Of a stretch of DNA of 64,000 nucleotides, positions 9,480-19,744 are shown in pieces. The stretch's first letter is position 1; each line of letters opens with the position of its first letter. The translations under genes and the position numbers were made by a program. The notes below the pieces were generated by a model, which saw nothing but the letters and a program-made list of their open reading frames with translations, had not been told where the DNA came from and did not search any database. Source of the DNA: Promethearchaeota archaeon (GTDB lineage Archaea > Asgardarchaeota > Lokiarchaeia > Sigyniarchaeales > SOKP01); NCBI GenBank assembly GCA_048938025.1, contig JBHLMP010000001.1, positions 1-64,000 of the forward strand. The letters run 5' to 3'.

Positions 9480-11369
9480 TTGACTGAAAAAGAACAAGAA
9501 AGGCGCTTACCAGTAAGAACCATCGGTTTAATTGCAGGTACTTTATATGGGATTGGTTGTGGAATTGGGGGATCAATTTTTATTTTATTAGGTAGTGCAA
9601 TAGAAGATGCTGGACCTGGAGTACTTATTAGCTTGTTCTTCGGAGGTATTTTGATATTTGTCACTGCCTTAAATTATAGCGAATTATCTACAAGTTTACC
9701 TATCTCTGGTGGGGCTTATAATTTCAGCAAAGAAGCATTAGGCGGATTTTTAGCCTTTATTATTGGTTTTTTTTTATGGATTGCTAGTATTGCGTCATTT
9801 TCATTTTCTGCTCAAGCATTTTCTATTGTTATTCTAGATATTTTCAATTTGCCATTTTACACTCCATTTATTCTTTTAATTGCTGTTTTCTCTATATTAT
9901 TTATTGCAATTGTGGTATTTAGGACACAAAAATTAGCATTAAGAACTTTATTATCATTAACAATTATTCAACTGATAATCTTTGGGATATTTATATTTGC
10001 TGGTTTAATTATTGCACCTAATAGTAATTTATCAAGTTATAATCCAAGTTTTCTTAAATCAAAAATGGAGTTTTTTAGTATCACTTTCGTTTTTGCTTCT
10101 ACATTTATTTTTTTTACAACTATTACATCTAATCTTGCTTATCTAAATGCAGATTTAAAAAATCCCTCAAGGAACATACCTAAAGTAAATATTTTTGCTA
10201 TAACAATAACAACATTAATTTATTTATTGACTAGTCTTGTTGTATTAATAAATCTAGGAAATCATGAGACAGATTTAGGTGAATCCTCTATATTATTAGC
10301 ATTAATATTAGATGATATATTAAAATTTCCTGGATTTTTGCTTATGGGTTTCGCTGCATTAATTTCGACATCAATTGCCATGAATGCTGCTTTAGGTTCA
10401 GCAATAGCAGTCTTTCATGCTCTAGCAAGGGACCATTATATATCAAAAAAATTTCTAAAAGTAAATAAAAAAACAAATGTTCCCTCCTTCATTTTAATAC
10501 TAACAACCTTTATAACTATTTCATTTACTATCTTAGCCTTAATGTTTGCTAATATAGGATTTACTGCGAGTATTACGACATTTATCTATTTTATAGGATT
10601 AGCATTTATCAATTTTGCTGCAGTCAGTTTAAGGCGTAAGAGAAAAGAACTCGATAGACCTTTTAAAGCCCCATTTTTTCCTTACTTACCAATAATAGTC
10701 ATGTCATTTTGCTTAATACTCGCTTTATTTTTGGATCTTAATGCAATTATTCTTGGTTTAATTATCTTTTTTATTGGCATAACATATTACTTAATAACTA
10801 TTGCTGATCGACATTCTATAGTTCTAACTTTAGCTGGATTAAAATTCTTCTTTATCTTAATATTAGGAGTATTAATTTGGATTATTAATAATTTAAGTGC
10901 ATTGAATTCACCAATCAATGGATTTGATGTTGCATTTCAATATATCTTAATGAGAATTCTAATTTTTATATGTATTTTTACTATTGGAACCATAATTTTG
11001 GATATTTTTCCTCTTCGAGAAATTGCCTATTACTTTGTGAGAAAAATTAATAAGAAAGAAGTAGCTATTGATATAGGAATTGGTCAGATAATTGATCTAA
11101 AGAAAAGTAAAGTGAAATTAATCTATAATGTTAATCTTATAATTGGTTTCATTCAAATTCTCTCATCTATATTTGTGTTTACAATTGCTTCGTTATTTAT
11201 CATGGATTTTATTTCTATAGATAGTGTTACCATTGGTAGTGAGAACATACCTCAAATAACTGCAGAATATATATTTACATCAATATTAGTATTATTTGGA
11301 ATTATTCTTTTATTCAGTGGACCTTTAGGCTTATACTTTAACCGAGAATTAAAAACACTAGGAATTTAG
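9480..11369 (+). CDS. APC family amino acid permease with extra C-terminal TM helices
   Basis: IGGSIF, AGPG, YSELSTSLPISGGAY, KNPSRNIPK, RPFKAP. Confidence 0.9.
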   Translation: MTEKEQERRLPVRTIGLIAGTLYGIGCGIGGSIFILLGSAIEDAGPGVLISLFFGGILIFVTALNYSELSTSLPISGGAYNFSKEALGGFLAFIIGFFLWIASIASFSFSAQAFSIVILDIFNLPFYTPFILLIAVFSILFIAIVVFRTQKLALRTLLSLTIIQLIIFGIFIFAGLIIAPNSNLSSYNPSFLKSKMEFFSITFVFASTFIFFTTITSNLAYLNADLKNPSRNIPKVNIFAITITTLIYLLTSLVVLINLGNHETDLGESSILLALILDDILKFPGFLLMGFAALISTSIAMNAALGSAIAVFHALARDHYISKKFLKVNKKTNVPSFILILTTFITISFTILALMFANIGFTASITTFIYFIGLAFINFAAVSLRRKRKELDRPFKAPFFPYLPIIVMSFCLILALFLDLNAIILGLIIFFIGITYYLITIADRHSIVLTLAGLKFFFILILGVLIWIINNLSALNSPINGFDVAFQYILMRILIFICIFTIGTIILDIFPLREIAYYFVRKINKKEVAIDIGIGQIIDLKKSKVKLIYNVNLIIGFIQILSSIFVFTIASLFIMDFISIDSVTIGSENIPQITAEYIFTSILVLFGIILLFSGPLGLYFNRELKTLGI

Positions 11370-11376
11370 ATCTAAC

Positions 11377-12111
11377 TTGATTGAATTCCCGAAAATAAAT
11401 CTTCATATTCATTCAAATTATTCAGATGGAAAAAATAGCATCAAGCAAATTGTAAAAAAATCACTCAAATTAGGATTGAATTATATTGCAATAACAGATC
11501 ACTTCAGTAATTCATGGAAAGCTGGAATAATCCCTACATTAAACAGTGTTGATAAAATCTCAGATTATCTAGATGAAATATCTAATTATCAAAATTATTT
11601 GAAAGAAAATAATAAAAAGCTAGTACTCTATAAAGGTATAGAGATAGATCTCTCAAGCTCTGAGAGACATATAAAAAAGTTTATTCAAATTGAAAAATTT
11701 GATATAGTTTTATTTGAATATCTTCAAACTCCTGAATCAATTGCTTTTTTAAAGAATATCGTCAGGTATTGGAAAAACTCAATAATAAATAGAGATGATT
11801 TTCCTATTTTAGGTCTAGCTCACTTTGATCCATTTTACTTTCTTCATGGAAACCTTGAAATATTAATAGAATTCCTTAAAAACTTTAATTTATATTTCGA
11901 ATTTAATTCAAGTTATCCTCAATGCTATTCTTCTAGAAATATACAATTTTTTGAAAAATTAAGAGAACATAATATTCCTGTAGCTATTGGGTGTGACTCT
12001 CATAATTTATTAAACTTAAATGACATTGAAGAACCACTTGAGATGGTTAGATACTATGAACTCGAGAGTAATTTTAAGATTTTAATATCTACTCTAAAGA
12101 ATTCGCTCTAA
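11377..12111 (+). CDS. PHP domain protein
   Basis: HIHSNYSDG, ITDH, GIE, AH, CDSH. Confidence 0.88.
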   Translation: MIEFPKINLHIHSNYSDGKNSIKQIVKKSLKLGLNYIAITDHFSNSWKAGIIPTLNSVDKISDYLDEISNYQNYLKENNKKLVLYKGIEIDLSSSERHIKKFIQIEKFDIVLFEYLQTPESIAFLKNIVRYWKNSIINRDDFPILGLAHFDPFYFLHGNLEILIEFLKNFNLYFEFNSSYPQCYSSRNIQFFEKLREHNIPVAIGCDSHNLLNLNDIEEPLEMVRYYELESNFKILISTLKNSL

Positions 12112-12218
12112 AACTTATACTATAATTCAGTCGAACCTTTATTAATATATTATAAATAAAGTTAAATTGAACAATTGTTAGGAAAATCTTTTTAAATTCT
12201 ACTTTTTTTATGATTTTT

Positions 12219-12974
12219 ATGGATCTACAAGAAAAAATTGATTTAGCAGCAAAGTGGATTGCTGAATCCAACAGATTAATTGTGTTCACTGGTGCTGGAA
12301 TTTCAACCGCAAGTGGATTACCTGACTATCGAGGTCCTGAGGGGGTATGGACTAGAAGAGATAAAGGCTTACCACCTCCTAAAAGTCCTCCTTGGGATCA
12401 AGTTAAACCTAATCTTAATCATTATGCTGTAAAAGACCTATTAAAAATAGGTAAACTAGATTATGTTATCTCTCAGAATGTTGATGGGCTTCACGCAAAA
12501 TCTGGAATACCTTTTGAAATGTTGGCAGAATTACACGGAAATATGTATTTTATGAAGTGTTTAGATTGTAATAAGAAGATGACTTTTGAAGATGCAGGTT
12601 GGGATAAAAATATATGGGGTCAAGGATATAGAACACATCCAATTCGTAAAGAACAACCTAAATGTCCTCATTGTGGAGGAAGAATTATCTCCAGCATTGT
12701 AAATTTCGGGGATCCTCTTCCTTATGATGAATTAGAAGAGTCAATGCGGCGATCGGAAAAAGCAGATGTATTTTTTGTCGTTGGATCATCACTAGTTGTT
12801 ACACCAGCAGCCAATATGCCAGGTATTGCTAAGAGAAATGGAGCGAAATTGATAATATTAAATAAAGGTGAAACTCCTTATGATAATGTTTGTGATCTAA
12901 GATTTGATAATTTAATTGAAGATGTATTCCCTCCAATAGTGGAAAAAGTTAAACAAATCTTAAAAGAAAAATAA
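12219..12974 (+). CDS. cobB: Sir2 family NAD-dependent deacylase
   Basis: TGAGISTASGLPDYRG, SQNVDGLH, ELHGN, two CxxC, VGSSLVV. Confidence 0.95.
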   Translation: MDLQEKIDLAAKWIAESNRLIVFTGAGISTASGLPDYRGPEGVWTRRDKGLPPPKSPPWDQVKPNLNHYAVKDLLKIGKLDYVISQNVDGLHAKSGIPFEMLAELHGNMYFMKCLDCNKKMTFEDAGWDKNIWGQGYRTHPIRKEQPKCPHCGGRIISSIVNFGDPLPYDELEESMRRSEKADVFFVVGSSLVVTPAANMPGIAKRNGAKLIILNKGETPYDNVCDLRFDNLIEDVFPPIVEKVKQILKEK

Positions 12975-12985
12975 AATAGAAACTT

Positions 12986-14644
12986 CTATTTTATTGTAGC
13001 ATAAATATTTTTATTTCTATCAAATTCTTTAAGGATTTTCCTTCCTTCTTTATTAGATAATGATAGATTAATTTCACTTTTTCTACTTAATGAGCCAGTA
13101 AAAATTTCTTCTTGATCAGCAAAAATTATGATATTTTGACTCGCATATTTGGGAGAAGCTTTTAGAGTAATTCTATCTTTCATTATTTCAATATCCAAAT
13201 TAATTCTTTCTGCTTTAGATTTGCTTCTTCTATAACTAGACAAGTCCATATATTCGCCCGGTTTATATCTTGATTTTTTAGGCTTTATTGGATTTATTAC
13301 AATATCTTGTCCAAAAGAATAAATTTCAAATTCTAGTTGACCAGATTTATAATCTCTAACTTCAACTACTGGTCTTGCTAAATCTCTATCTCTAAAACCT
13401 GAAGGAACTTTAACTGTCATTTTAATAACTAAAACTGATAATATATCACCACCTTCAATAAAGATTATTGTATCAATAATTGAAGGGAGCATTCCAAGTT
13501 CAATTCGACCAATAAATCTTTGAACTGCATCAATAGCAGATGAAGAATGAACGACTCCAACCATCCCAACTCCAGATAAACGAAAATCTGCATAAACTTC
13601 AAAATCTTTTGTTGTCCTAACCTCATCAAAAATAGTGAAATCTGGTCTTACAAGTAAGAGAATATCTGCTGAATTCTCAAGAGTTCCCTCTAATTTGGTG
13701 TACTGGGTTATTTCTGGTCTTACTTGTAAATCTCTTACACTTTCTAGCGTTTTAACAACTTTATTCTGACTTAGATAATAATTCGCTAAAGCAGCACAAA
13801 AAGTACTTTTCCCTGCGCCTGGTGAGCCACATACTAAAATACCTTCAGCTTTTTGCAATCTTCTTTGTAGTTTTGCATCTATTGAATAATCTGATAACTT
13901 TAAACTTACAAGTGGACGCACAGCTGTTATTTCAACATCATTTGAAAATGGAGGACGAGTAATTACTATTCTAAATTCACGTAATTGTGCTACAACAGCT
14001 CCCATTTTCTCAATTTCTATAAATGAGTGATCATCTTCTCTCACACTCTCAATTATTTCAAGAGCAATCTCTTCTATTAATTTAGATGAAATAAGATCTT
14101 GACCTATCTTTACTAAATGCCAATCGCCAGGTCCACCTTTCTTAGCATATGGTGGTAAATTTCTCTTAAGATGGACGCTCATCGTTTTTTCGTCAAAAAA
14201 ATCTAATAATTTAAGAGTAAGTGGTTCCATTAATTTCGGAGCTCCTCTTTCCTTTACGGACATAACCTCTAATCCCTCAAAAACCCCAACATCTCCTTGA
14301 ATACGATCAGCAGTAATTAAAACAGCATTGTTCTTAAGTGCAGATTCTCTAATAAGGGCATCAAGTTCACCTCCTGGCGCCATCTTTATTTCTTCACGAG
14401 TAGGGCGACTCCCTACAATCTGTAATTTAATTTTATTTTCTGTATGTAATTGTCTTAGTTTTTTTAGAACATTTAGACCAAAAAAACCTATCTCCTTATG
14501 GATATTCGTCCGATATTCAATCTCAGCAACGACAATATTTGAAATTAAAATTTCAGGATTTTCACCTAATTCACCATGCTCTATTAAATCAAGAATGAGA
14601 CCATTGAAAATTATGGACGTGTCACACATAAATTTATCGGGCAT
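12986..14644 (-). CDS. PIN-domain ATPase (PINA family)
   Basis: N-terminal PIN (DTS..E..D..TAD), GSPGAGKST, RPDFTIFDEVR, GMVGVVH. Confidence 0.9.
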   Translation of the reverse strand: MPDKFMCDTSIIFNGLILDLIEHGELGENPEILISNIVVAEIEYRTNIHKEIGFFGLNVLKKLRQLHTENKIKLQIVGSRPTREEIKMAPGGELDALIRESALKNNAVLITADRIQGDVGVFEGLEVMSVKERGAPKLMEPLTLKLLDFFDEKTMSVHLKRNLPPYAKKGGPGDWHLVKIGQDLISSKLIEEIALEIIESVREDDHSFIEIEKMGAVVAQLREFRIVITRPPFSNDVEITAVRPLVSLKLSDYSIDAKLQRRLQKAEGILVCGSPGAGKSTFCAALANYYLSQNKVVKTLESVRDLQVRPEITQYTKLEGTLENSADILLLVRPDFTIFDEVRTTKDFEVYADFRLSGVGMVGVVHSSSAIDAVQRFIGRIELGMLPSIIDTIIFIEGGDILSVLVIKMTVKVPSGFRDRDLARPVVEVRDYKSGQLEFEIYSFGQDIVINPIKPKKSRYKPGEYMDLSSYRRSKSKAERINLDIEIMKDRITLKASPKYASQNIIIFADQEEIFTGSLSRKSEINLSLSNKEGRKILKEFDRNKNIYATIK

Positions 14645-15246
14645 TATTCTTCTTCATCTTCTTTATTTAAAATTTGAAATTTTTTCACAGAATAATAGAT
14701 CGGCTTACTTAATCGATCTACTGTAGCAACAATTAAATCTTTACGAGAGCTCATTGCTACTCTTGAAATTTTATCCAAATCTCTTAATTCAATAGGATTC
14801 CCCTCAAAAACAGGATAAATTAAAAACTTCGCAGAATCCTTTTCAAAATCAGCACCCCTTTTATAAACTCGAAATTCTATACCTTCACCATAACCAGTAC
14901 GTACAATATATCCTCTTTTTCTTAAATCCATATAAATAACGTATTTCTGCCAGAGTTTTTCGTCAAATTGAGTAAAATAAGTTAATAAGCTCTCAAAATC
15001 CAACAAATTTTTATTTTTATCATTATCTTTCCGTAGTAATATACGGTTTCTTTCACATAAAAGTAGAACTTCAATAGGTTCAAGGATTAATATTTCATCG
15101 CCTTTATCAATCTTCTCAATTGTTCCTATATATGAATTGTTATAAAATTCTTCTATTCCTTCTTTATTAGAAATAATAACTTTACCTTTCTCTAAAATTC
15201 CTTCGACTTGAGTTTTCTCTATTTTCTCATCAGGTTTTTCAGACAT
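14644..15246 (-). CDS. endA: tRNA splicing endonuclease subunit (probably non-catalytic)
   Basis: YMDLRKRGYIVRTG, FRVYKRG, RVAMSSRKDL. The His after the RG loop appears replaced by Ser. Confidence 0.88.
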   Translation of the reverse strand: MSEKPDEKIEKTQVEGILEKGKVIISNKEGIEEFYNNSYIGTIEKIDKGDEILILEPIEVLLLCERNRILLRKDNDKNKNLLDFESLLTYFTQFDEKLWQKYVIYMDLRKRGYIVRTGYGEGIEFRVYKRGADFEKDSAKFLIYPVFEGNPIELRDLDKISRVAMSSRKDLIVATVDRLSKPIYYSVKKFQILNKEDEEE

Positions 15247-15305
15247 TTTTTATAATTATAGCATTCCATACTTAATGAATTTAACCGTGATTAATTAAAT
15301 TATGA

Positions 15306-15890
15306 ATGATTAATAAAATCATGAATCAATTGCTAGACAAACTTCAAAATAAGTTACTTGGTTCCTCAAAAATAGTATTTATGGGGATTGGCGAAGAAAA
15401 ACTTTCTGACGATGGAGTAGGGCCCTACATAATTTCTGAACTTGTAGACAATAACAATGAAAAAATACTATTTATCAATGCAGCTACAGATCCAATGGAT
15501 AGAATAGATGAGATTGTTAGATTCAATCCAACACATTTAGTTTTGTTAGATACATGCACCTTGAATGAGCCTCCTGGAACAGTGGCTATATTAGAACGGG
15601 AAAATATACATGAGTATGTGCCTATTTCGACACATACTATTCCAATCCACCTAGTCATAGATTTAATAATTGAAAAATTACCCACTTTAATTGTTTTCAT
15701 GATTGGATTTGTTCCAGAAAGCCTTGAAGGTTTTACAGAACTGAAATTGTATAAAGAAAATGAGTTTTCATTAGAAGAACGTAGTGATAATAAGGATCTA
15801 CCATTTTTTGAGTTTAATCTTACAAAATCAATTCAAAAAGTAGCAGATCAAGTTATTGAAATAATCAAAAAGATTATTCAGAATCTATAA
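15306..15890 (+). CDS. Hydrogenase maturation protease (HycI-like)
   Basis: MGIGEEKLSDDGVG, LLD, STHTIP. Confidence 0.85.
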   Translation: MINKIMNQLLDKLQNKLLGSSKIVFMGIGEEKLSDDGVGPYIISELVDNNNEKILFINAATDPMDRIDEIVRFNPTHLVLLDTCTLNEPPGTVAILERENIHEYVPISTHTIPIHLVIDLIIEKLPTLIVFMIGFVPESLEGFTELKLYKENEFSLEERSDNKDLPFFEFNLTKSIQKVADQVIEIIKKIIQNL

Positions 15891-16094
15891 TGAATCCAAA
15901 TTTGGGTTCTCTGAAATTTTAGAGATATACTTTATTATTATCTCTACTGTTTGGGATATTTTTTCAAATTCTTCAGATGTCAAGTCCTCTTTAAGATTTT
16001 CCAAAAATTTTACAACTCTGTCTGCTTCTCTTATTTTCCTTAAATAATTAGAACCATTTTCGTTTAAAGAGCCTCCCCAAGTCATATTATCCAC
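15885..16094 (-). CDS. Small hypothetical protein
   Basis: 69-aa helical ORF filling the gap between genes. Confidence 0.5.
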   Translation of the reverse strand: MDNMTWGGSLNENGSNYLRKIREADRVVKFLENLKEDLTSEEFEKISQTVEIIIKYISKISENPNLDSL

Positions 16095-16199
16095 TTAAAA
16101 TGAAAATTAATATTTAATTCTTAATTACCATATTTAAATTAAATATAAGTTAAAAAAAGATAATAATATTCTTAATTATATTATAGAGGAATTCTTAAA

Positions 16200-16664
16200 A
16201 TGGTAGAGGTTAATAAAGCACTTCTAAGCCCGTGTGGGTTATATTGTGGTGTATGCGCAATTTATATAGCTCACAGGGATAATAATCAAAAATTTAAGCA
16301 AATTCTATTACCTATATATAAAGCTTTTGCAAAAAATGTCGAAGATATTTCATGCACCGGTTGTTTATCTGATGGAATTATATTTCCTGTCTGTAAAAGT
16401 TGTTCAATTAAGAAATGTACTAAACAAAAAGGGATAGAAGGTTGTCATCAATGCGATGATTTTCCCTGTAAATTTATTAATAACTTTCCTATTCCAGTAG
16501 GTAAAAAAGTAATCCTACGGGCAATCCCTACTTGGCGAGAATTGGGTACTGAAAAATGGGTAGAAGAAGAAGAAAAAAGATATATTTGCCCAGAGTGTGG
16601 AAATAAACTATTTCGTGGAGCAAAAAAATGCAATAAATGCAAAGTTGCTGTTGCTGTTGACTAA
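16200..16664 (+). CDS. DUF3795-like Cys-rich protein
   Basis: PCGLYCGVC, CTGC, CSIKKC, CHQCDDFPC, CPECG. Confidence 0.85.
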   Translation: MVEVNKALLSPCGLYCGVCAIYIAHRDNNQKFKQILLPIYKAFAKNVEDISCTGCLSDGIIFPVCKSCSIKKCTKQKGIEGCHQCDDFPCKFINNFPIPVGKKVILRAIPTWRELGTEKWVEEEEKRYICPECGNKLFRGAKKCNKCKVAVAVD

Positions 16665-16747
16665 ATAATGGTATTTACTATTAGTTAACTTTTAATTATA
16701 TAGATATTTCATTATATTGATTATATCAAACAAAGAGTGATTCTTAA

Positions 16748-17149
16748 ATGGATGATTATATGTATAGTACAATTGAGGGAGATACTATCTACATTAAACA
16801 AGCGTTAAGAAAAAAAGGGAAGGAATACGGAATTATTAAATTAAATAAAAAACAAATACAGGCCTTAACCGAGAGTATCGATTTAATGTCTGCTAATCCA
16901 ATTTCACCTAAATTTAGTGATATAATTGAAAAATTTCTTTTTCCACGATTTAATGAAATCATTGAAATATTATATACTGAAAAATCATTACCTGATATTG
17001 TTGGTATTGAAATCTCAAAAGAAAACCGGAAAGAAATTCTTTATGGACTTGAGTTAGGGGGTGTTATGACAGGGTTAGAAGATCGAGGTTATAACCGTAA
17101 AGAATTATTAGAAGCGCTCAAAAAAGCTCAATTTATTAAATCTAAATAA
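16748..17149 (+). CDS. Hypothetical protein
   Basis: 133-aa ORF preceded by GAGTGA. Confidence 0.7.
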   Translation: MDDYMYSTIEGDTIYIKQALRKKGKEYGIIKLNKKQIQALTESIDLMSANPISPKFSDIIEKFLFPRFNEIIEILYTEKSLPDIVGIEISKENRKEILYGLELGGVMTGLEDRGYNRKELLEALKKAQFIKSK

Positions 17150-17234
17150 AATTTTTTCTTTTTCTCACCATTTTGTTATATCTATTTTAGTTACAATGAA
17201 TAGATTCATCAATTACTGAACGCACTAAAAACGA

Positions 17235-18455
17235 TTAAAAGATCCATATAAAAAACCATACTATTAAAGCCAAAATTAAAATTATACTAGCACACGGCCA
17301 TGAAAATATAGCATTTTTTACATAATTAATTTTAAAATTCACAGCTTCATGTGGACATAATTCTACACAACAATAACAGGTAAAACAACTTTTTTTATTC
17401 CATTTTGGAACATTTCCCTTTCGTAATTCTTTAGGTGGTGAGATTGCATTCCCCGGGCAATTGTCCCAGCAAGTAGAACATAATTTACATTTATAAGAAT
17501 CAAATTTTACAGTAGCTTTAAAAATTTTATTTCCAACATAATTAGCCAACCATTTCGGTAAAGGCATAGAAATTGGAGACATTCTTGGATGCTTAAACTT
17601 CCGATATACATCTTCAATTTTTTCTCCTAAAAATTCAATATTATTTAAATTAGTTGTTCCGAGCTTCTTCTGTTCTGCTTTTTCTAAATAGACAATCTCT
17701 TTAGGGGCAAATCCAATAATCTTACAAACTGCTGTATCTAAAGCAACACCATCATATCCAGCAATAATGAGATCTAATTTCACAATATCCCCACCAGATG
17801 GTCCTTGCCCTTCCTGACATAAATATCCATCTATAATTGTTAGTTGTGGATTGGATACAGAATATATATCTGCTAATGCTGATGTAAATCTTCCTATTCG
17901 AGGAAATTGCGCATGTGTTTTAGCTTTATTACTACGTAAGATCGTTCCAAACATATTTTTTATGCAACATGTAAGAATACATTGACCATGAGTTTTAATT
18001 TTAGGTAGATTAATAATGAGATCTGCTTCTTTAATCAGATTTGAACTAACAAATTCTTTCATTTCAAGTGGATTTGGTACTGTATAAATTTCTCTTTCAG
18101 ATTTTTCAAAGGGTATACATTCTGCTCCTTCTTCTTCACACACCGCTAAGATACCACTAACTTTCATAGCATTTTCAGTTTTACCAGGTTTTTGACCGCC
18201 ACTAGAATCACTAACATATATCTTAGAAGGATTATATTGTTTTAACCATTGAATAGTGGACCGTACTACTTCTGGATGAGTTGTAACCGCTCTTTCGGGT
18301 GGTTTTGCCATTAAAAGGTTTGGTTTTAATAAAATAATCATACCTTCTTTTTTCATAAGCTCTTGAGCATTAATCAATTCCAAAGCAGAAAAAATAGCTG
18401 TTTTTATATCATTATTTTTAATCTTTTGAATTGCTATCTTAGTCTTATCAAGCAT
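17235..18455 (-). CDS. DUF362 protein with 4Fe-4S dicluster domain and C-terminal TM helix
   Basis: LKPNL, TTHPEV, INLPKIKTH, KNMFG, two CxxCxxCxxxCP. Confidence 0.9.
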   Translation of the reverse strand: MLDKTKIAIQKIKNNDIKTAIFSALELINAQELMKKEGMIILLKPNLLMAKPPERAVTTHPEVVRSTIQWLKQYNPSKIYVSDSSGGQKPGKTENAMKVSGILAVCEEEGAECIPFEKSEREIYTVPNPLEMKEFVSSNLIKEADLIINLPKIKTHGQCILTCCIKNMFGTILRSNKAKTHAQFPRIGRFTSALADIYSVSNPQLTIIDGYLCQEGQGPSGGDIVKLDLIIAGYDGVALDTAVCKIIGFAPKEIVYLEKAEQKKLGTTNLNNIEFLGEKIEDVYRKFKHPRMSPISMPLPKWLANYVGNKIFKATVKFDSYKCKLCSTCWDNCPGNAISPPKELRKGNVPKWNKKSCFTCYCCVELCPHEAVNFKINYVKNAIFSWPCASIILILALIVWFFIWIF

Positions 18456-18538
18456 ATTAGGATCTCATATTATACAAATTAAAAAAATTTGTATCAAAAA
18501 AATAAATCAAAAAATTAGGTAAAAGTGGAAAATGATTT

Positions 18539-19252
18539 TTATTCTACTGTCGTATCATTTATAACATCATAATAAAGATAAATATATGATTGTTTCAAAA
18601 TTTCACATTTTTTAAGTTTCAATGCTTTAATATCCAATAAATCATTATCTCTCCGAGCTGCTATTCCATCAATAGATGTAGATGTTTCTTTTCCACCAAT
18701 TAAACAGGGTGCTATTAATAATGAAATATGATCTATAAGTTTTTGTTTAAGAAATAGAGCATTTAATGTACCCCCAGTTTGAATTGAGAGTTTCTCAATA
18801 TCATATTCTTGTTTTAATTTAATAAATAAATCTTTAAAATCAATAGAATTTGAATAATAAATTATTTTGAGTTCTCCTTCCATTTTAAATTTAAAAACAG
18901 GATGGTTTTTGTTGTTAGTCACAAGATATAGTGATTTAAATGAATTTAATAAATAATTAATTCCTTTTTCAGTAAGGTTTGGCTTCCGATCAATGACAAT
19001 GAGACTTACATCCTTATGATTATCTTCTTTATCACGTAAATTAACTCCAATTTTAACTAATACTTTTCCACTAATCAAAGCATATCTTTCTGTCCTAAGT
19101 AAGAAATCATAGTATTGATAATATCCTTCTTTAATACCTCTTATTTTAGGAAAGTCCTTTTCTTGATCTCGTTCATCAATATCTCCAGTAGATATTTTAC
19201 CATCTACTGATTGAAGCAAAAAGAGTGTTGTCTCAACACGATTAAGATTCAT
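18539..19252 (-). CDS. RibD C-terminal / pyrimidine reductase-like protein
   Basis: QSVDGKIS, QTGGTLN, LIDHISLLIAPCLIGG. Confidence 0.85.
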   Translation of the reverse strand: MNLNRVETTLFLLQSVDGKISTGDIDERDQEKDFPKIRGIKEGYYQYYDFLLRTERYALISGKVLVKIGVNLRDKEDNHKDVSLIVIDRKPNLTEKGINYLLNSFKSLYLVTNNKNHPVFKFKMEGELKIIYYSNSIDFKDLFIKLKQEYDIEKLSIQTGGTLNALFLKQKLIDHISLLIAPCLIGGKETSTSIDGIAARRDNDLLDIKALKLKKCEILKQSYIYLYYDVINDTTVE

Positions 19253-19459
19253 AATAAATTTTCACGTTAGGCATTCTTAAAATATATATGTTAGAAGATT
19301 TTCTAATTTTAAATAATCAGAGTATGGATTTATAATTTTTCCAACTTTCAAATTGCCAAAATCTCAAAATTAAAACAATTTAGACTTGTGATATAATAAA
19401 AAATAAGAAAAAAAAGAGAAAAAATAAAAGCCGGCTTTATTATTTCTTCTCGAAAACCC

Positions 19460-19480
19460 AGTGAGATATTCATTCTCACT
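19460..19480 (-). terminator. Hairpin downstream of the ubiquitin-like gene
   Basis: AGTGAGA-7nt-TCTCACT perfect stem starting 12 nt after the stop. Confidence 0.4.
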
Positions 19481-19492
19481 CGACTGAAAAAA

Positions 19493-19744
19493 TTAACCTC
19501 CTGCTTGAGTTGCCATTACTGTAATTACGTCTTTTTTTGGATGAATTTGTGTTTTAGAAAATTTTAATTGATCTGGTAAAACTTTTCCCTTAAATATAAA
19601 TTGTATAGCTAAAATTGGATTTAACTTATATTCGCGTTGTACAGTTTTTTTAATTTCCGCTATTGAACTATTTGGATCTAACTCGATAAGCTTTATAGCT
19701 TGATCGGGTGGAACCCCTGTAAGTCTAAATCTATATTGAGTAAT
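19493..19744 (-). CDS. Ubiquitin-like protein, 83 aa, C-terminal QAGG (missed by ORF track; ATT start)
   Basis: (M)TQYRFRLTGVPPDQAIKLIELDPNSSIAEIKKTVQREYKLNPILAIQFIFKGKVLPDQLKFSKTQIHPKKDVITVMATQAGG*; GAAGTGA lies 6 nt before ATT. Confidence 0.88.
   Translation of the reverse strand: MTQYRFRLTGVPPDQAIKLIELDPNSSIAEIKKTVQREYKLNPILAIQFIFKGKVLPDQLKFSKTQIHPKKDVITVMATQAGG

Noticed and set aside
12210-14644. Sir2 plus PIN-ATPase as an anti-phage system
   Set aside because: The Sir2 is a canonical Zn-binding sirtuin and PINA is a conserved archaeal housekeeping gene; the two are convergent, not operonic.
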